From positions 1 to 64,000 of the forward strand of contig JBGPGO010000010.1 in assembly GCA_041483895.1 (NCBI GenBank): 64,000 nucleotides of DNA, in the 5' to 3' direction. Below are positions 46,901-56,789 of the stretch, one piece after another; positions within the stretch are counted from its first letter, which is position 1, and the number at the start of each line of letters is the position of its first letter. The DNA comes from Fimbriimonadia bacterium. GTDB taxonomy: Bacteria; Armatimonadota; Fimbriimonadia; Fimbriimonadales; JABRVX01. The position numbers were made by a program, and so were the translations under genes. The notes under the pieces are model-generated. The model was given only the letters and a program-made list of their open reading frames with translations, made no database searches and had not been told where the DNA came from.

Positions 46901-47755
46901 ATGGCCATTGGCAAGCAAATTCGTCTCAACAGGCTCTTCGCTCACCCATCCGGTCGGTTCTGTTCGGTCGCCGTTGACCATTTCGTGGGCTATGCGCATG
47001 GCATGCCCGAGGGTCTGATCGACCTCCGCAAGGCGTTGTCCGCCATTGTCGCAGCACGTCCGTGCGCCGTGACGATGCAAAAGGGCACGGCGCTCACCTG
47101 CTGGGCGCCCCACGCGGGCAAAGTTCCGATGATCATCCAATCCGGCTGTTTCACCCCCGACGATGGCATCATCGAGACACTGAGCAACCCGGAAGAGTGC
47201 GTTCGATTGGGTGCGGATGCGATCGCGATTGCCATCGGCGTGCGGGGCCCTAACGAGGGCCGATTTATCAAGATTCTTTCCGACGGGGTGGATGCCGCAT
47301 CGCGATTCGATCTGCCTGTCATCGCGCACATCTATCCGCGTGAGTTCAGCCGGCAAGATGCCAGCGTTACCAGGGACGCGGAAGGCCGGCAAGATGCCAG
47401 CGTTACGTTAGGCGGCAAGATTGTGCACGATCCGGACAACATCGCCTGGGCCGTGCGCGTCGGCATCGAGTGCGGCGCGGACGTGATCAAGGTGGCCTAC
47501 ACGGGCGACGTGGCCTCATTCTCTCAAATAGTGGCCTGTTCCCCCGTGCCGGTCGTCGCCGCCGGCGGGCCGCAGACCGACACGTTGGAACAAGCCTTGC
47601 AAGCCATGTCGGAGGTTGTGGAGAGCGGCGCGAAGGGCGCGACGATCGGCCGCAATGTCTGGGGACATGGAGACATCGGCAAGGCGCTGCGAGCCTTCAA
47701 AGCTGTGATTCTTGATCGAATTTCGCCCGCCGAGGCGATCTCGCATGCCGGATAA
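46901..47755 (+). CDS. class I aldolase (DhnA/LsrF family) with an in-frame repeat insertion
   Basis: GKQIRLNRLF, VAVDH, GADVIKVAYTGD, VVAAGGP, GATIGRNVW. Confidence 0.88.
   Translation: MAIGKQIRLNRLFAHPSGRFCSVAVDHFVGYAHGMPEGLIDLRKALSAIVAARPCAVTMQKGTALTCWAPHAGKVPMIIQSGCFTPDDGIIETLSNPEECVRLGADAIAIAIGVRGPNEGRFIKILSDGVDAASRFDLPVIAHIYPREFSRQDASVTRDAEGRQDASVTLGGKIVHDPDNIAWAVRVGIECGADVIKVAYTGDVASFSQIVACSPVPVVAAGGPQTDTLEQALQAMSEVVESGAKGATIGRNVWGHGDIGKALRAFKAVILDRISPAEAISHAG
47349..47406. repeat. two identical 22-bp REP-like palindromes inside the aldolase gene
   Basis: gccggcaagatgccagcgttac at 47349-47370 and 47385-47406 (36-bp period), encoding RQDASVT twice. Confidence 0.8.
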
Positions 47756-48626
47756 GTTCGATATTCTCGGCATTGGCTGCATCGCGGTCGACGACATCTT
47801 CTATGTGGATCAGTATCCGGCGGCGGATTCCAAAGTGCGCGCCAAGAGAATGGAGCGCCGATTTGGCGGATTGACGGGGGTTGCGCTCGTCACGGCGGCC
47901 AAAATGGGTGCCCGCTGCGCTTTCGGTGGGTTGCTCGGGTGCGACGAACTTTCGACATTTGTCGAGCGGCAATTTCATGACAATGGAATTGATACGACGC
48001 CGGCAACAAGAATTTCCGGCGCGAGCCCAATTCGATCCGTAGTAATTGTTGACGCATCAACTCGGACGATCGTTTACGATGCCTCCGGGGCTACCAATTC
48101 CGAGTTCAGCGGCCCAAGCGAAGATACGATTTCGGATTGCCGCGTGCTTTTTCTGGACAGTTTCGATGTCCCCCAATCGCTGCGCGCGGCCAAGATCGCA
48201 AAGCGACATGGAGTTCCCATCGTGGCGGACTTTGAGAGCGATGTCGGGATGCTGCTGTGGCTTGCAGACCACTTGATCGTCGGCGAGTCGTATGGTCGGC
48301 AAATCATGGATGATGACGGTCTCCGTTCGCTCTGGTGCGTCGGTCGGAATGCCGTCGTCGTGACGCGGGGCGAGCGCGGCGCCACCTATCTCTCCATCGA
48401 GCGGCCCGGCGAGGAAATTCAGGCGCCGGCCTTTGCCGTAAACGCCGTGGACACAACCGGATGCGGCGATGTCTTTCATGGCGCATACGCGGCCGCACTA
48501 GCCCAAAATCGCGCCATGGAAGATCGTATTCGGATTGCAAGCGCCGCCGCGGCATCTAAGGCGCAGACCGGCGAAATCCCCACGCGGCAGGAATTGGACT
48601 TGTTCTTGTCAAAACATCTGCCATGA
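47745..48626 (+). CDS. PfkB-family carbohydrate kinase
   Basis: GIGCIAVDD, VVTRGERGA, VDTTGCGDVFHGAY. Confidence 0.9.
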   Translation: MPDKFDILGIGCIAVDDIFYVDQYPAADSKVRAKRMERRFGGLTGVALVTAAKMGARCAFGGLLGCDELSTFVERQFHDNGIDTTPATRISGASPIRSVVIVDASTRTIVYDASGATNSEFSGPSEDTISDCRVLFLDSFDVPQSLRAAKIAKRHGVPIVADFESDVGMLLWLADHLIVGESYGRQIMDDDGLRSLWCVGRNAVVVTRGERGATYLSIERPGEEIQAPAFAVNAVDTTGCGDVFHGAYAAALAQNRAMEDRIRIASAAAASKAQTGEIPTRQELDLFLSKHLP

Positions 48627-49948
48627 TCCACCAGCTTCTCAACGGCCTTGCTGAAATCCCAACTCTCGACGTTCACAGCCACCTCGCCGGCGGCCGCCTC
48701 GGCGCGCGCGGATTGCATGACATCCTGCTCTATCACATGGTGGTGAGCGACCTTTACGCCGCGGGCTGTCCCAGTGGCAAGCGCCTCACAGAATTCCCCG
48801 GCTGGCCAGATAAAGCGGAGGCCCACGCCCGCATCCAAGAGGCATTGCCGTACCTGGACAAAATTCGTGGTACAAGCTGCATGTGGGGCGTACGCATTAT
48901 TCTGCGCGACCTATATGGTTGGGACGAGCCGATCACCGAATCGAACTGGCGTCGATTGGATGATATGATCCGGGAGCGAGCCGACGATCGCGCATGGCAT
49001 CACTCGATTTTCGATCGCATCAACGTCAAGAGAACCTGCGCGGAGTATGCCCGGCGCGGCGAAGGCATAGATGATGATCGCCTTCAATATCAGTTGGAAT
49101 GGGGCATGTTCACTCGCACGCAATGGGGCGAGTTCGATACCGCCATCTATGATCTGGAACGAACCTGGGGCCGCCAACCCGAGAGCCCGGTGGCCATCGG
49201 CGGCAAACGCGCTCCGACAGACCGGACGATCCACACGCTGGACGATGTGCACGCCGCAATCCGCCATTATGTTTCTGTCATTCCCCATGACAAATGCATC
49301 TCCACCGCCACCAGCATGTCAACGGACATAGACTATACGCTGCCATCCGATTCGGAGATGGAATCGGCGCTGGCCAATCGCGCGAATGCCGGCAAAAAGG
49401 AACGCGACATCTACGCCGCCTACATCTTGGAGCACTTCCTAACAGAACTAGAAAAGAACGGCAAAGGGATTGTGTTTCAGTTCAGCATCGGCGCGGAACC
49501 TCTGCCTTTCGAGACCGCAAGCCGCCTGAGTCAGCACACGATGGGACAGCTCGCCGAAATTATTGGGCGCCATCTCAACCTGCGGTTCCAGGCATTTCTC
49601 GGCAGCAAGCATGCGAATCAAACGTTCTGCACGATGTGCCGGGAGCTTCCCAATTTCAGCCTGGCCGGATATTGGTGGCACAACTTCTTCCCGCAGACCA
49701 TCCGCCACGTAATGAACGAGCGATTCGACATGGTCCCGACGAACAAGCAGATGGGCTTCTTCTCCGACGCTTACGTCGTGGAATGGGCATACGCAAAGAT
49801 GATCATGGTGCGGAAACAGATGGCGCGAGTTTTCGCGGAGAAGATAGCCCAGGGACAGTACGGAATCGACGACGCCCTCAGTTTCGCGCGTTCAATTCTG
49901 TACGAGAGTCCACAGGAATTTGGGATGATCCCTCGGGTCGTCGTCTAG
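48623..49948 (+). CDS. uronate-isomerase-like amidohydrolase-fold protein
   Basis: LDVHSHL metal motif; GYWWHNFFP; FSDAYVVEWAYAK. Confidence 0.7.
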   Translation: MIHQLLNGLAEIPTLDVHSHLAGGRLGARGLHDILLYHMVVSDLYAAGCPSGKRLTEFPGWPDKAEAHARIQEALPYLDKIRGTSCMWGVRIILRDLYGWDEPITESNWRRLDDMIRERADDRAWHHSIFDRINVKRTCAEYARRGEGIDDDRLQYQLEWGMFTRTQWGEFDTAIYDLERTWGRQPESPVAIGGKRAPTDRTIHTLDDVHAAIRHYVSVIPHDKCISTATSMSTDIDYTLPSDSEMESALANRANAGKKERDIYAAYILEHFLTELEKNGKGIVFQFSIGAEPLPFETASRLSQHTMGQLAEIIGRHLNLRFQAFLGSKHANQTFCTMCRELPNFSLAGYWWHNFFPQTIRHVMNERFDMVPTNKQMGFFSDAYVVEWAYAKMIMVRKQMARVFAEKIAQGQYGIDDALSFARSILYESPQEFGMIPRVVV

Positions 49949-51257
49949 GCCGCCAAGCAACGGAAAGCAGCAAGGTGATGGCGCCGATCCCGATGGCAGG
50001 TTCCGGTACCGGTGTAGATAGGTACACCGAATAAGAACCGCTCGTCGAGGAGTACCATAGAACTTGACCGCTTGCACCAACCGCCATAGGAATGGCGCCA
50101 AGGTAATCTGAGTCACCGAGCGCATCGCGACTGAGACTGAAGTTGTCGACAAAAACCTCCTGCCGCCCATCGGTCTTCGATCCGGCTCCGCCCCACACGG
50201 CACGCCCTTGTGGGTCAAAGCCAATCATCAGTCCGATCACCCGCGAATCCCCCAATACATCTGAAGCAATGTCCGTTGTGTTCCTGTAAACGTAATACGC
50301 TTTTGCGTCCTTGTCATATGCTGACCACAGGACATTTCCAACTCCCCCAAGGACTCCCCCAGGGCGCAAAGTATAAGCTCGATTTCCAAACACAGCCATC
50401 GTTAAATCGGTTGAGTCCATTATCAGGTGTTCGTTGCTATCCGACCAATTCCAGAGAATGTGACCATCATCGCCAATGGCGTCCGGATGAATCGATGCAT
50501 TCACCGGTCCGGAGCCGAGTAAATTGGAGTCAATGTACATTTGGTCATACGAGCCCGTTGCGGAGCCGTGGCCAGCCCAAAAAACATGGCCGAGTGAATT
50601 GATTACTGCGCCTCGCAACAAGCGATTGTTTCCTAACTGGGAGCCGGATAGGATGGTTTGATTTTTGTAGACATCTTCGTTGTAAACTCCGCTCGTCACA
50701 GTTTCTCCCATCCAGATCGCATCCCCAGCGGAGCTAATCGACCAAGCGAATCCGTCGTATAAATTCTTGCCATCGCTCAGGTTCTGTGTGCCTCGATAGA
50801 TTCGCAAATCGGAACCCAGTTTCCTCGCCCAAAGTGGCCGGCCCGTGTCATCTACGCCTTTCACATCGATCTGGAGGTTCGGATCGTTGGATGGAGGTGA
50901 AATATCGGCGGCAAAATCGTGTCCATCGACCATAACCCTCTTGTTGCCCTGCGAATCCGTCGCATAGTAGGCGGTCTGATTGAGGGAATTGATACCCTTG
51001 ACCCACCCATGACTTCCAGAACCGAGGTATTGCTGCGTGAGATTCGTCAAGCCCGCAAAAGCCTGCAAACCCACTCCACTGCGCAATGTCGCGGAAAATG
51101 CTGCTAAGCCCGTTTTGCTGATTCCAGGCTTAACCTGATTTTGATCGCCTGGCATGGAAAGGACATTGCTGAGTAGCAGATCGTGCCGCCATCCCTGAGC
51201 CATCGTTGATAGAACTGTTGCCGTCACAACCAACGTAACGGCGAATAGGTTTCGCAC
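49878..51257 (-). CDS. secreted repeat protein with PEP-CTERM sorting signal
   Basis: GTG start after GGGAGG; signal peptide; C-terminal VPEP + hydrophobic stretch + RPRRR. Confidence 0.85.
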   Translation of the reverse strand: MRNLFAVTLVVTATVLSTMAQGWRHDLLLSNVLSMPGDQNQVKPGISKTGLAAFSATLRSGVGLQAFAGLTNLTQQYLGSGSHGWVKGINSLNQTAYYATDSQGNKRVMVDGHDFAADISPPSNDPNLQIDVKGVDDTGRPLWARKLGSDLRIYRGTQNLSDGKNLYDGFAWSISSAGDAIWMGETVTSGVYNEDVYKNQTILSGSQLGNNRLLRGAVINSLGHVFWAGHGSATGSYDQMYIDSNLLGSGPVNASIHPDAIGDDGHILWNWSDSNEHLIMDSTDLTMAVFGNRAYTLRPGGVLGGVGNVLWSAYDKDAKAYYVYRNTTDIASDVLGDSRVIGLMIGFDPQGRAVWGGAGSKTDGRQEVFVDNFSLSRDALGDSDYLGAIPMAVGASGQVLWYSSTSGSYSVYLSTPVPEPAIGIGAITLLLSVAWRPRRRPEGSSQIPVDSRTELNARN

Positions 51258-51382
51258 GCCGCCCTCCCGGCAAAACAAAATCAAACGAACAACTACATTA
51301 TACAGCAGTTTTAATGGCACGGCAACATCGGTCTCGGCATCGGTCTGAAGGATTTATTGACTTACCCGTCAAAATCCATCCC

Positions 51383-53119
51383 ATGCGAACAAGCCTCGTC
51401 GTCGCCTTCCTAGCAATCGTCGCCCACGTCCTCGCACTCGGTCCCGAAAATACCATCATCGTTGTCAATGATGACAGCCCCGATTCCGTCGCAATTGCAG
51501 CCGAGTATGTCAAGCTCCGCCACATCCCGTCTGGCAACATCATTCGGCTGAGCGCCCTGCCAAAGGACCCTGTCATCAAAGCCGACGATTTTCGAAACCT
51601 AATTCTAAAGCCAATTCTCGACACAATCCGCAGTCGCGGCCTTCAGGATCAGATCGACCTCGTGGCATACTCGGCCGGGTTCCCGTATGGCGTCGATGTG
51701 AGTGCAGACATGGGAGGGAAGTCCTTCCCAATGTACATAACCCAGCCGGCTTCGCTCACTGGATTGACCTATCTATATGAGTTGACGCTCGCCAAAGACA
51801 TCACATATCTTTCGCTTGACGTCAACGGCTATTACCGGGCTCCAAAATCCGCCTCCAAAGATACCCCCTGGAGTGCTGAAGACCTTCAGCGACAGAAGGA
51901 CGTAGAAACGCTCTTCGCCAAATTCCACGAAGCCCAAAAGGCAAATCCGACGCCGAATGATGACATGAAGGTTTGGATGATCGGAGCCGGCGATGGCTTG
52001 CGAAAGTTAGAAGGCGCTCATCCAAATAGCCCGGATGTCTATTACAACATCGCTTGCGCGTATGCATTGCAAGGGAAGACTAAGGAAGCCATATCTGCGC
52101 TGACCGTTTCGTGCCGCCTCGGATGGTGGAGCGCGGCCCAGAGCGAATCCGATCCCGATCTGGCTTCCCTCCGGGATCGCCCGGATTTCAAGGCGTTGAT
52201 GGACCGAGTCCGAAGCGTGGTAATCGAAACCGATCCTCCCGTTCCTTTCCACGCCGCCGAGCCGATTGGCGGACGTCGATACCTTCTCAGCGCCATGCTC
52301 GCGTACACGGGAGGCATTGCCAACACCATGCCGGAAGCGCTCGCGTCGCTCCGAGCCTCCGCACTCGCGGACGGGACAATTCCAAAGGGGACTGTATATT
52401 TCATGCGGTCCGACGACGCCGCGCGGACGAGTCCGCGTATTTGGGCTTTCAATTCAGCGGCGGCAGCCCTCAAGAAGTTGGGTGTCAACGCGGAGGTCAT
52501 CCATGGGGTACTCCCGCCCAACAAACAGGATGTTGCAGGCGCGGTTGTCGGCATCGCGACCTTTTCTTGGAAAGACAGCGGCAGCCACATCCTGCCGGGC
52601 GCATTCTGCGATCATTTGACAAGCTGCGCGGGCATCATGACCGGGGGAGGTCAAACTCTGTTGAGCGAATGGCTCCGCTCAGGCGCCGCGGGCTCATCGG
52701 GAACCGTCACCGAGCCCTACGCCTTGCAGCAAAAGTCTCCGACTCCATTCCTCCAAGTATTCTATGCGTCCGGCTGCACGCTTGCCGAAGCGTTTTATCA
52801 GTCGGTTTCCGGCCCCTACCAACAACTTCTTGTCGGCGATCCGCTTTGCCGCCCGTGGGGCAAAATGCCAACGCTGACTGTGAAGGGTCTGAAGTCCGGA
52901 GACACGTTGCGCGAATCGGTCGCCTTGCTAGTAACAGCAAGCGGAGCAAGCCGACTCGAATTGTACGTCGACGGGGTGCTGAAGAAGACTGTAAAGCCTG
53001 GGTCAGCGCTCACGATCGCGAGGGCATGGCTGAAACCTGGTTCGCATGAAGCAAGAGTCGTGGCGGTAGGTCCAATGGATGTCTCTGCTCGGCAAATAAT
53101 GAACTTCTATGTGAAGTAA
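51383..53119 (+). CDS. TIGR03790-family secreted protein with TPR-like insert and C-terminal Ig-like domain
   Basis: LGPENTIIVVNDDSPDSVAIAAEY..LRHIP; PGAFCDHLTS; GTVTEPY; TLAEAFY; VGDPLCRP; YYNIACAYALQG. Confidence 0.8.
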   Translation: MRTSLVVAFLAIVAHVLALGPENTIIVVNDDSPDSVAIAAEYVKLRHIPSGNIIRLSALPKDPVIKADDFRNLILKPILDTIRSRGLQDQIDLVAYSAGFPYGVDVSADMGGKSFPMYITQPASLTGLTYLYELTLAKDITYLSLDVNGYYRAPKSASKDTPWSAEDLQRQKDVETLFAKFHEAQKANPTPNDDMKVWMIGAGDGLRKLEGAHPNSPDVYYNIACAYALQGKTKEAISALTVSCRLGWWSAAQSESDPDLASLRDRPDFKALMDRVRSVVIETDPPVPFHAAEPIGGRRYLLSAMLAYTGGIANTMPEALASLRASALADGTIPKGTVYFMRSDDAARTSPRIWAFNSAAAALKKLGVNAEVIHGVLPPNKQDVAGAVVGIATFSWKDSGSHILPGAFCDHLTSCAGIMTGGGQTLLSEWLRSGAAGSSGTVTEPYALQQKSPTPFLQVFYASGCTLAEAFYQSVSGPYQQLLVGDPLCRPWGKMPTLTVKGLKSGDTLRESVALLVTASGASRLELYVDGVLKKTVKPGSALTIARAWLKPGSHEARVVAVGPMDVSARQIMNFYVK

Positions 53120-53132
53120 GTCCGAACCAAAC

Positions 53133-55688
53133 CTATCGCCGAATCGCTAACGCGACCGGGCCGCCCAGCCCGGCCTGCGGAGGCTCTTTGAAAAGTGACT
53201 TCTCCTCCGGCGCGGGGAATCGGTTGCCGTAAACTTTTCGCATCGCCCCAAGGTCTTGATCCGGCAGGCCCAAGAATCGATTCAGTGGTAGGTTGCCGAC
53301 CGTAATCTCAATCGTGTTGGGTCCATGCCGGAGCAGGGACGTGATATCCACCTCGAAGGGAGGGCACCAGGCCGCCCCGGCCGCCTTGCCGTTCATCCGC
53401 ACCTCCGCCACCTCTCGCACGTCGCTTAAACGCAAAATGGCCCTATTCGGCAACGGCCCTTCCCATTGGACCGTCGTTGCATACGTCCCCTGACCGGAGA
53501 AATATTTGTCCTTCCAATACGCCGGCGATGGCGGATCGTATGGCGCCGGCGCATCGGGGCCGGTGAAGGAAAGATGCCACGGACCGGAGAGCGGAATCGC
53601 TTCATTGGGAGGTTCTTTAGCTTGCGTCTTTGTCCGAACTCCAAACACAACAAATATGGAACCGCGGGCGGGAAGCTGAATCGCGATGGACGGTCCATGC
53701 GCAGCCACAATGTCTCCGGCAATCGGATCCCAGATCGATGCCTCTGATTTCTTCGTTGCAAACGTCGCGTGAAAGGCCGTTGGTTTGTCCGAAGCGTTGA
53801 CGAGAAAATAGATGTCGCGATCCCCCGCACGCCGATGCACAAATTCCACCTCAGGCTGATAGGGTTCCATCCGCACATCGGGCGTCAAGGTCGCGAGAGC
53901 TTTTATCAGGGATTCGCCGTCATCAGGCACCAAAATCGCCCGACCTTTTCCATATCGCTCCTGCGAGAACATGCGCTTAACCAACTCTTGCAGTTTTCTG
54001 CTATCCGAGCCACGCCCGAATCCGTACACCCGATCGGGGAATCGCTTAACGGCAATCACCGTCCCCCCGCTATGGCAAAATCGTTCCAACTTCTCCATCG
54101 CTGCCAGGTCCATGCCTGTCAAGTTGAATAGTATGATCGTCGAATAATGTCCATCTCCCGCAACCAATTTGCCACCGTGCACCTTGGCGATCCGATTCAT
54201 CGCCCAAAAATCGATACCATCGAAATCAAAGCCTTGTGTGATCAGGTTGTGGATCAGATTCGAATGATGCCGCAAGGCATTTCCCAACCCAAATTCGCTT
54301 GTCGGCTTGCCTGTCACTAAACTGTCCCGAAGCGCAAAATCCAGGAGCATCCCATCCATCGGCCCCTTCGCCAAGCAGTCCTCCACGGGAAGATACACCG
54401 CAACCGTGGCCGTCGGTTTGCCCTGCCGCAGCATCCATTGACAGCGGTTGATATAGTCCACAAAATAGTGAAAAACCGGCCACTGCGGGTTATTCTGGTT
54501 CATCGTCGGACCATAGTATGGCTGCCAACCCGGTGCGCCGGCGGAACGGGGCGAATAGGGAAAATCGACGCCGGTCAGATCGTTCACTCCACCCAAAAAG
54601 TGAAAATCGCTGAGCAGTTTAAGATCGCTGAGAGTATCACCCAATCGGTTGGGGATTCCTGACCAGGTCCATGCCTCCGCACCGATAATTCGCTTGCCGC
54701 AAAGGTGCGCCGCCGATGCCATATAACGAGATGGGTGATAGCCCTTCCACTCATAGTGTTCGCCAGTCGGCTCGTCGATATATCGCGCTGCGGTCATTGG
54801 GTTGGGCGGCATGCCATACGCCTCCATCTCCAACTTCACATGATGCTTTTTGGACCACTCACCGACTGTTTTGGTGAACTGCTCTTCCGTCATCTCCGCA
54901 AGCGTGCGCCAAAAGTCGAATCGCAGGTCCTTATCACCATCGAACAGACCTGCCAGATGCGAGGTGATATCAGATCCCCGGCTCTGGCGAAAATATGACG
55001 GAAACGCATCTGTCCAATTGGAAGCATATACTTCTAAACTGTCGCACCCAATCGCTTCCACCAGACCCGGCGCCGCATCCACCAACGGCTTTACCGCCTT
55101 ATCCAAATACATGATCGCCGCATCTCGGCTGTAGTGATCGAGCACCGGACCTTCGCTGCCGTACGCCGGGCGCTTGACACCCATCCGCGTCGGACCAGTG
55201 ATGAACTGCGAATCCCCATCCCTCGCAATCAGCTTCTCCCCCTCGCCCAACTTCTCCCCGATCTTCCCGACCCGGATCCGTTGCGCCGCGTCATCGCCAG
55301 AAACCCAAGGCCCACCAAACGGCCATCCTGTGCCGCCATTCACCCCGAAACGAAGTCCAAGCTCCTTCGCCTTTCCCGCCGCATACCGAAACGTGTTCAG
55401 GAACTCCTCGGACAGGTACTTCTGGTTGTGGATACCCAGCGCGGGATCGTCGAGCGCCACCGGGTACATAAAGTAGGCCGTCACTCCACCAACCCCGGCC
55501 TCTTTCAAGAGCCCCAACTGATAGTCGATCTCGCTCGGTGTCCAAGCCGGCCCAAAAATCCGCCAATACATCCGCATCCGCGCCTCGTTCGGAACGGTCT
55601 TGAATCCTACCGCCATGGGATCAGACGACTGAGCGGCAGCGGTAAGGAAGGCGAAGGATACTGCGGCCAGTGAAAGGATTGGCGTCAT
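53133..55688 (-). CDS. secreted glycoside hydrolase, GH106 (alpha-L-rhamnosidase)-like
   Basis: RMYWRIFG, GWPFGGPW, DSLEVY, ASAAHLCGK..GAEAWTW, C-terminal jelly-roll (AEVRMNG...WCPPFEVDIT). Confidence 0.8.
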   Translation of the reverse strand: MTPILSLAAVSFAFLTAAAQSSDPMAVGFKTVPNEARMRMYWRIFGPAWTPSEIDYQLGLLKEAGVGGVTAYFMYPVALDDPALGIHNQKYLSEEFLNTFRYAAGKAKELGLRFGVNGGTGWPFGGPWVSGDDAAQRIRVGKIGEKLGEGEKLIARDGDSQFITGPTRMGVKRPAYGSEGPVLDHYSRDAAIMYLDKAVKPLVDAAPGLVEAIGCDSLEVYASNWTDAFPSYFRQSRGSDITSHLAGLFDGDKDLRFDFWRTLAEMTEEQFTKTVGEWSKKHHVKLEMEAYGMPPNPMTAARYIDEPTGEHYEWKGYHPSRYMASAAHLCGKRIIGAEAWTWSGIPNRLGDTLSDLKLLSDFHFLGGVNDLTGVDFPYSPRSAGAPGWQPYYGPTMNQNNPQWPVFHYFVDYINRCQWMLRQGKPTATVAVYLPVEDCLAKGPMDGMLLDFALRDSLVTGKPTSEFGLGNALRHHSNLIHNLITQGFDFDGIDFWAMNRIAKVHGGKLVAGDGHYSTIILFNLTGMDLAAMEKLERFCHSGGTVIAVKRFPDRVYGFGRGSDSRKLQELVKRMFSQERYGKGRAILVPDDGESLIKALATLTPDVRMEPYQPEVEFVHRRAGDRDIYFLVNASDKPTAFHATFATKKSEASIWDPIAGDIVAAHGPSIAIQLPARGSIFVVFGVRTKTQAKEPPNEAIPLSGPWHLSFTGPDAPAPYDPPSPAYWKDKYFSGQGTYATTVQWEGPLPNRAILRLSDVREVAEVRMNGKAAGAAWCPPFEVDITSLLRHGPNTIEITVGNLPLNRFLGLPDQDLGAMRKVYGNRFPAPEEKSLFKEPPQAGLGGPVALAIRR

Positions 55689-55778
55689 GAATCCCAATTT
55701 CGACCAGACGCGAGAGGCAACCTTTTCGCCCGGCAGGAAAACCTAGCAACCGTCGAAACCTGATGGCGGAACCAGATA

Positions 55779-56789
55779 ATGATCGCCGCCCTTCTTCTCT
55801 GCGCACTTGCAGCAACCGGCCAGGACGCCGTCTGCCGAACGTTCGTCAATACACTTGACCTCGATCCATCCAAGAGAGAAGCTTGGCAACGTTCTTGGCG
55901 GTCATTTGCGGCGGCGATTCCCGAAACCTACGATCTTAGCTTCCTCACGAGTCTCTCCCCAAAGGTAGCCACAAATCATTTTGAACAGCTATTCGAAGGC
56001 TCCTTGGGTAAGTTGGACGGTGCGTTCGCGTCGCCGGAACTCATCGAACCGGTGGTCGGCAGCCGCGGGATGTACGTCCTTTGGATCAGTTCGTACCCAA
56101 CTAGAAATCAGAAGTGGGAATGGGCCGAACAATTGATCTTGTTTTCGAAAGTCGGAAAGACATGGCGGTCGTATCTGCTTCAGTCGGCCAACGACCGTAT
56201 TCCGTTCCTGAGCGCCACCCCGCATCTCGTTGGGTCCAACTTAATTCTTGCAGGAGCATTCGAGGATGGCAGCAACTTCAGCAAGGTTGGGGCCGGTGTG
56301 TGGAGGCGCACGAAATCCGGTTGGAAAAGCATGGGGCAAGTGTATCTTTGGAATCGCGAAAGCGCCAGCTCCACCGAATACCCCATGCGCCGCGGAATGC
56401 CGATCCAGGTGTACGCGAGGGTAGAGCCACCTGATCTCCCTGTCCCCCACGCTGGCCCTTATTTGCAGTATAAATCGATCCTCACGCTCCGCAACGGACA
56501 TCCCCATTTCGGTCCCTTCCAACGGGTTGAAAATGCGCTCGCAGCTCTGAACGACCTGTTTCGTAATTGGGGTACGCGCCGGGCCCGGAGGATGGTTGGC
56601 TCAAAGATTATCGCGAGTATGCTGGACATGCTGTTTTACAAGTTCCCAATGTATATCGGCGGCGATCCGGGTGGCACGGAGTTCGAGTTCCCCGAATGGC
56701 AAGAGATTCTTCACTTCGACCGAATCCATGGGCGCTGGATCCTGACCTCTATCCGATCGTACACTCCGAGATGGAGTCCGAGTTGGTAG
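55779..56789 (+). CDS. secreted hypothetical protein (paralogue 1)
   Basis: Hydrophobic N-terminus; shares DG.N, W+..WK, H.GP...Y and A.A.L motifs with the next gene. Confidence 0.65.
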   Translation: MIAALLLCALAATGQDAVCRTFVNTLDLDPSKREAWQRSWRSFAAAIPETYDLSFLTSLSPKVATNHFEQLFEGSLGKLDGAFASPELIEPVVGSRGMYVLWISSYPTRNQKWEWAEQLILFSKVGKTWRSYLLQSANDRIPFLSATPHLVGSNLILAGAFEDGSNFSKVGAGVWRRTKSGWKSMGQVYLWNRESASSTEYPMRRGMPIQVYARVEPPDLPVPHAGPYLQYKSILTLRNGHPHFGPFQRVENALAALNDLFRNWGTRRARRMVGSKIIASMLDMLFYKFPMYIGGDPGGTEFEFPEWQEILHFDRIHGRWILTSIRSYTPRWSPSW

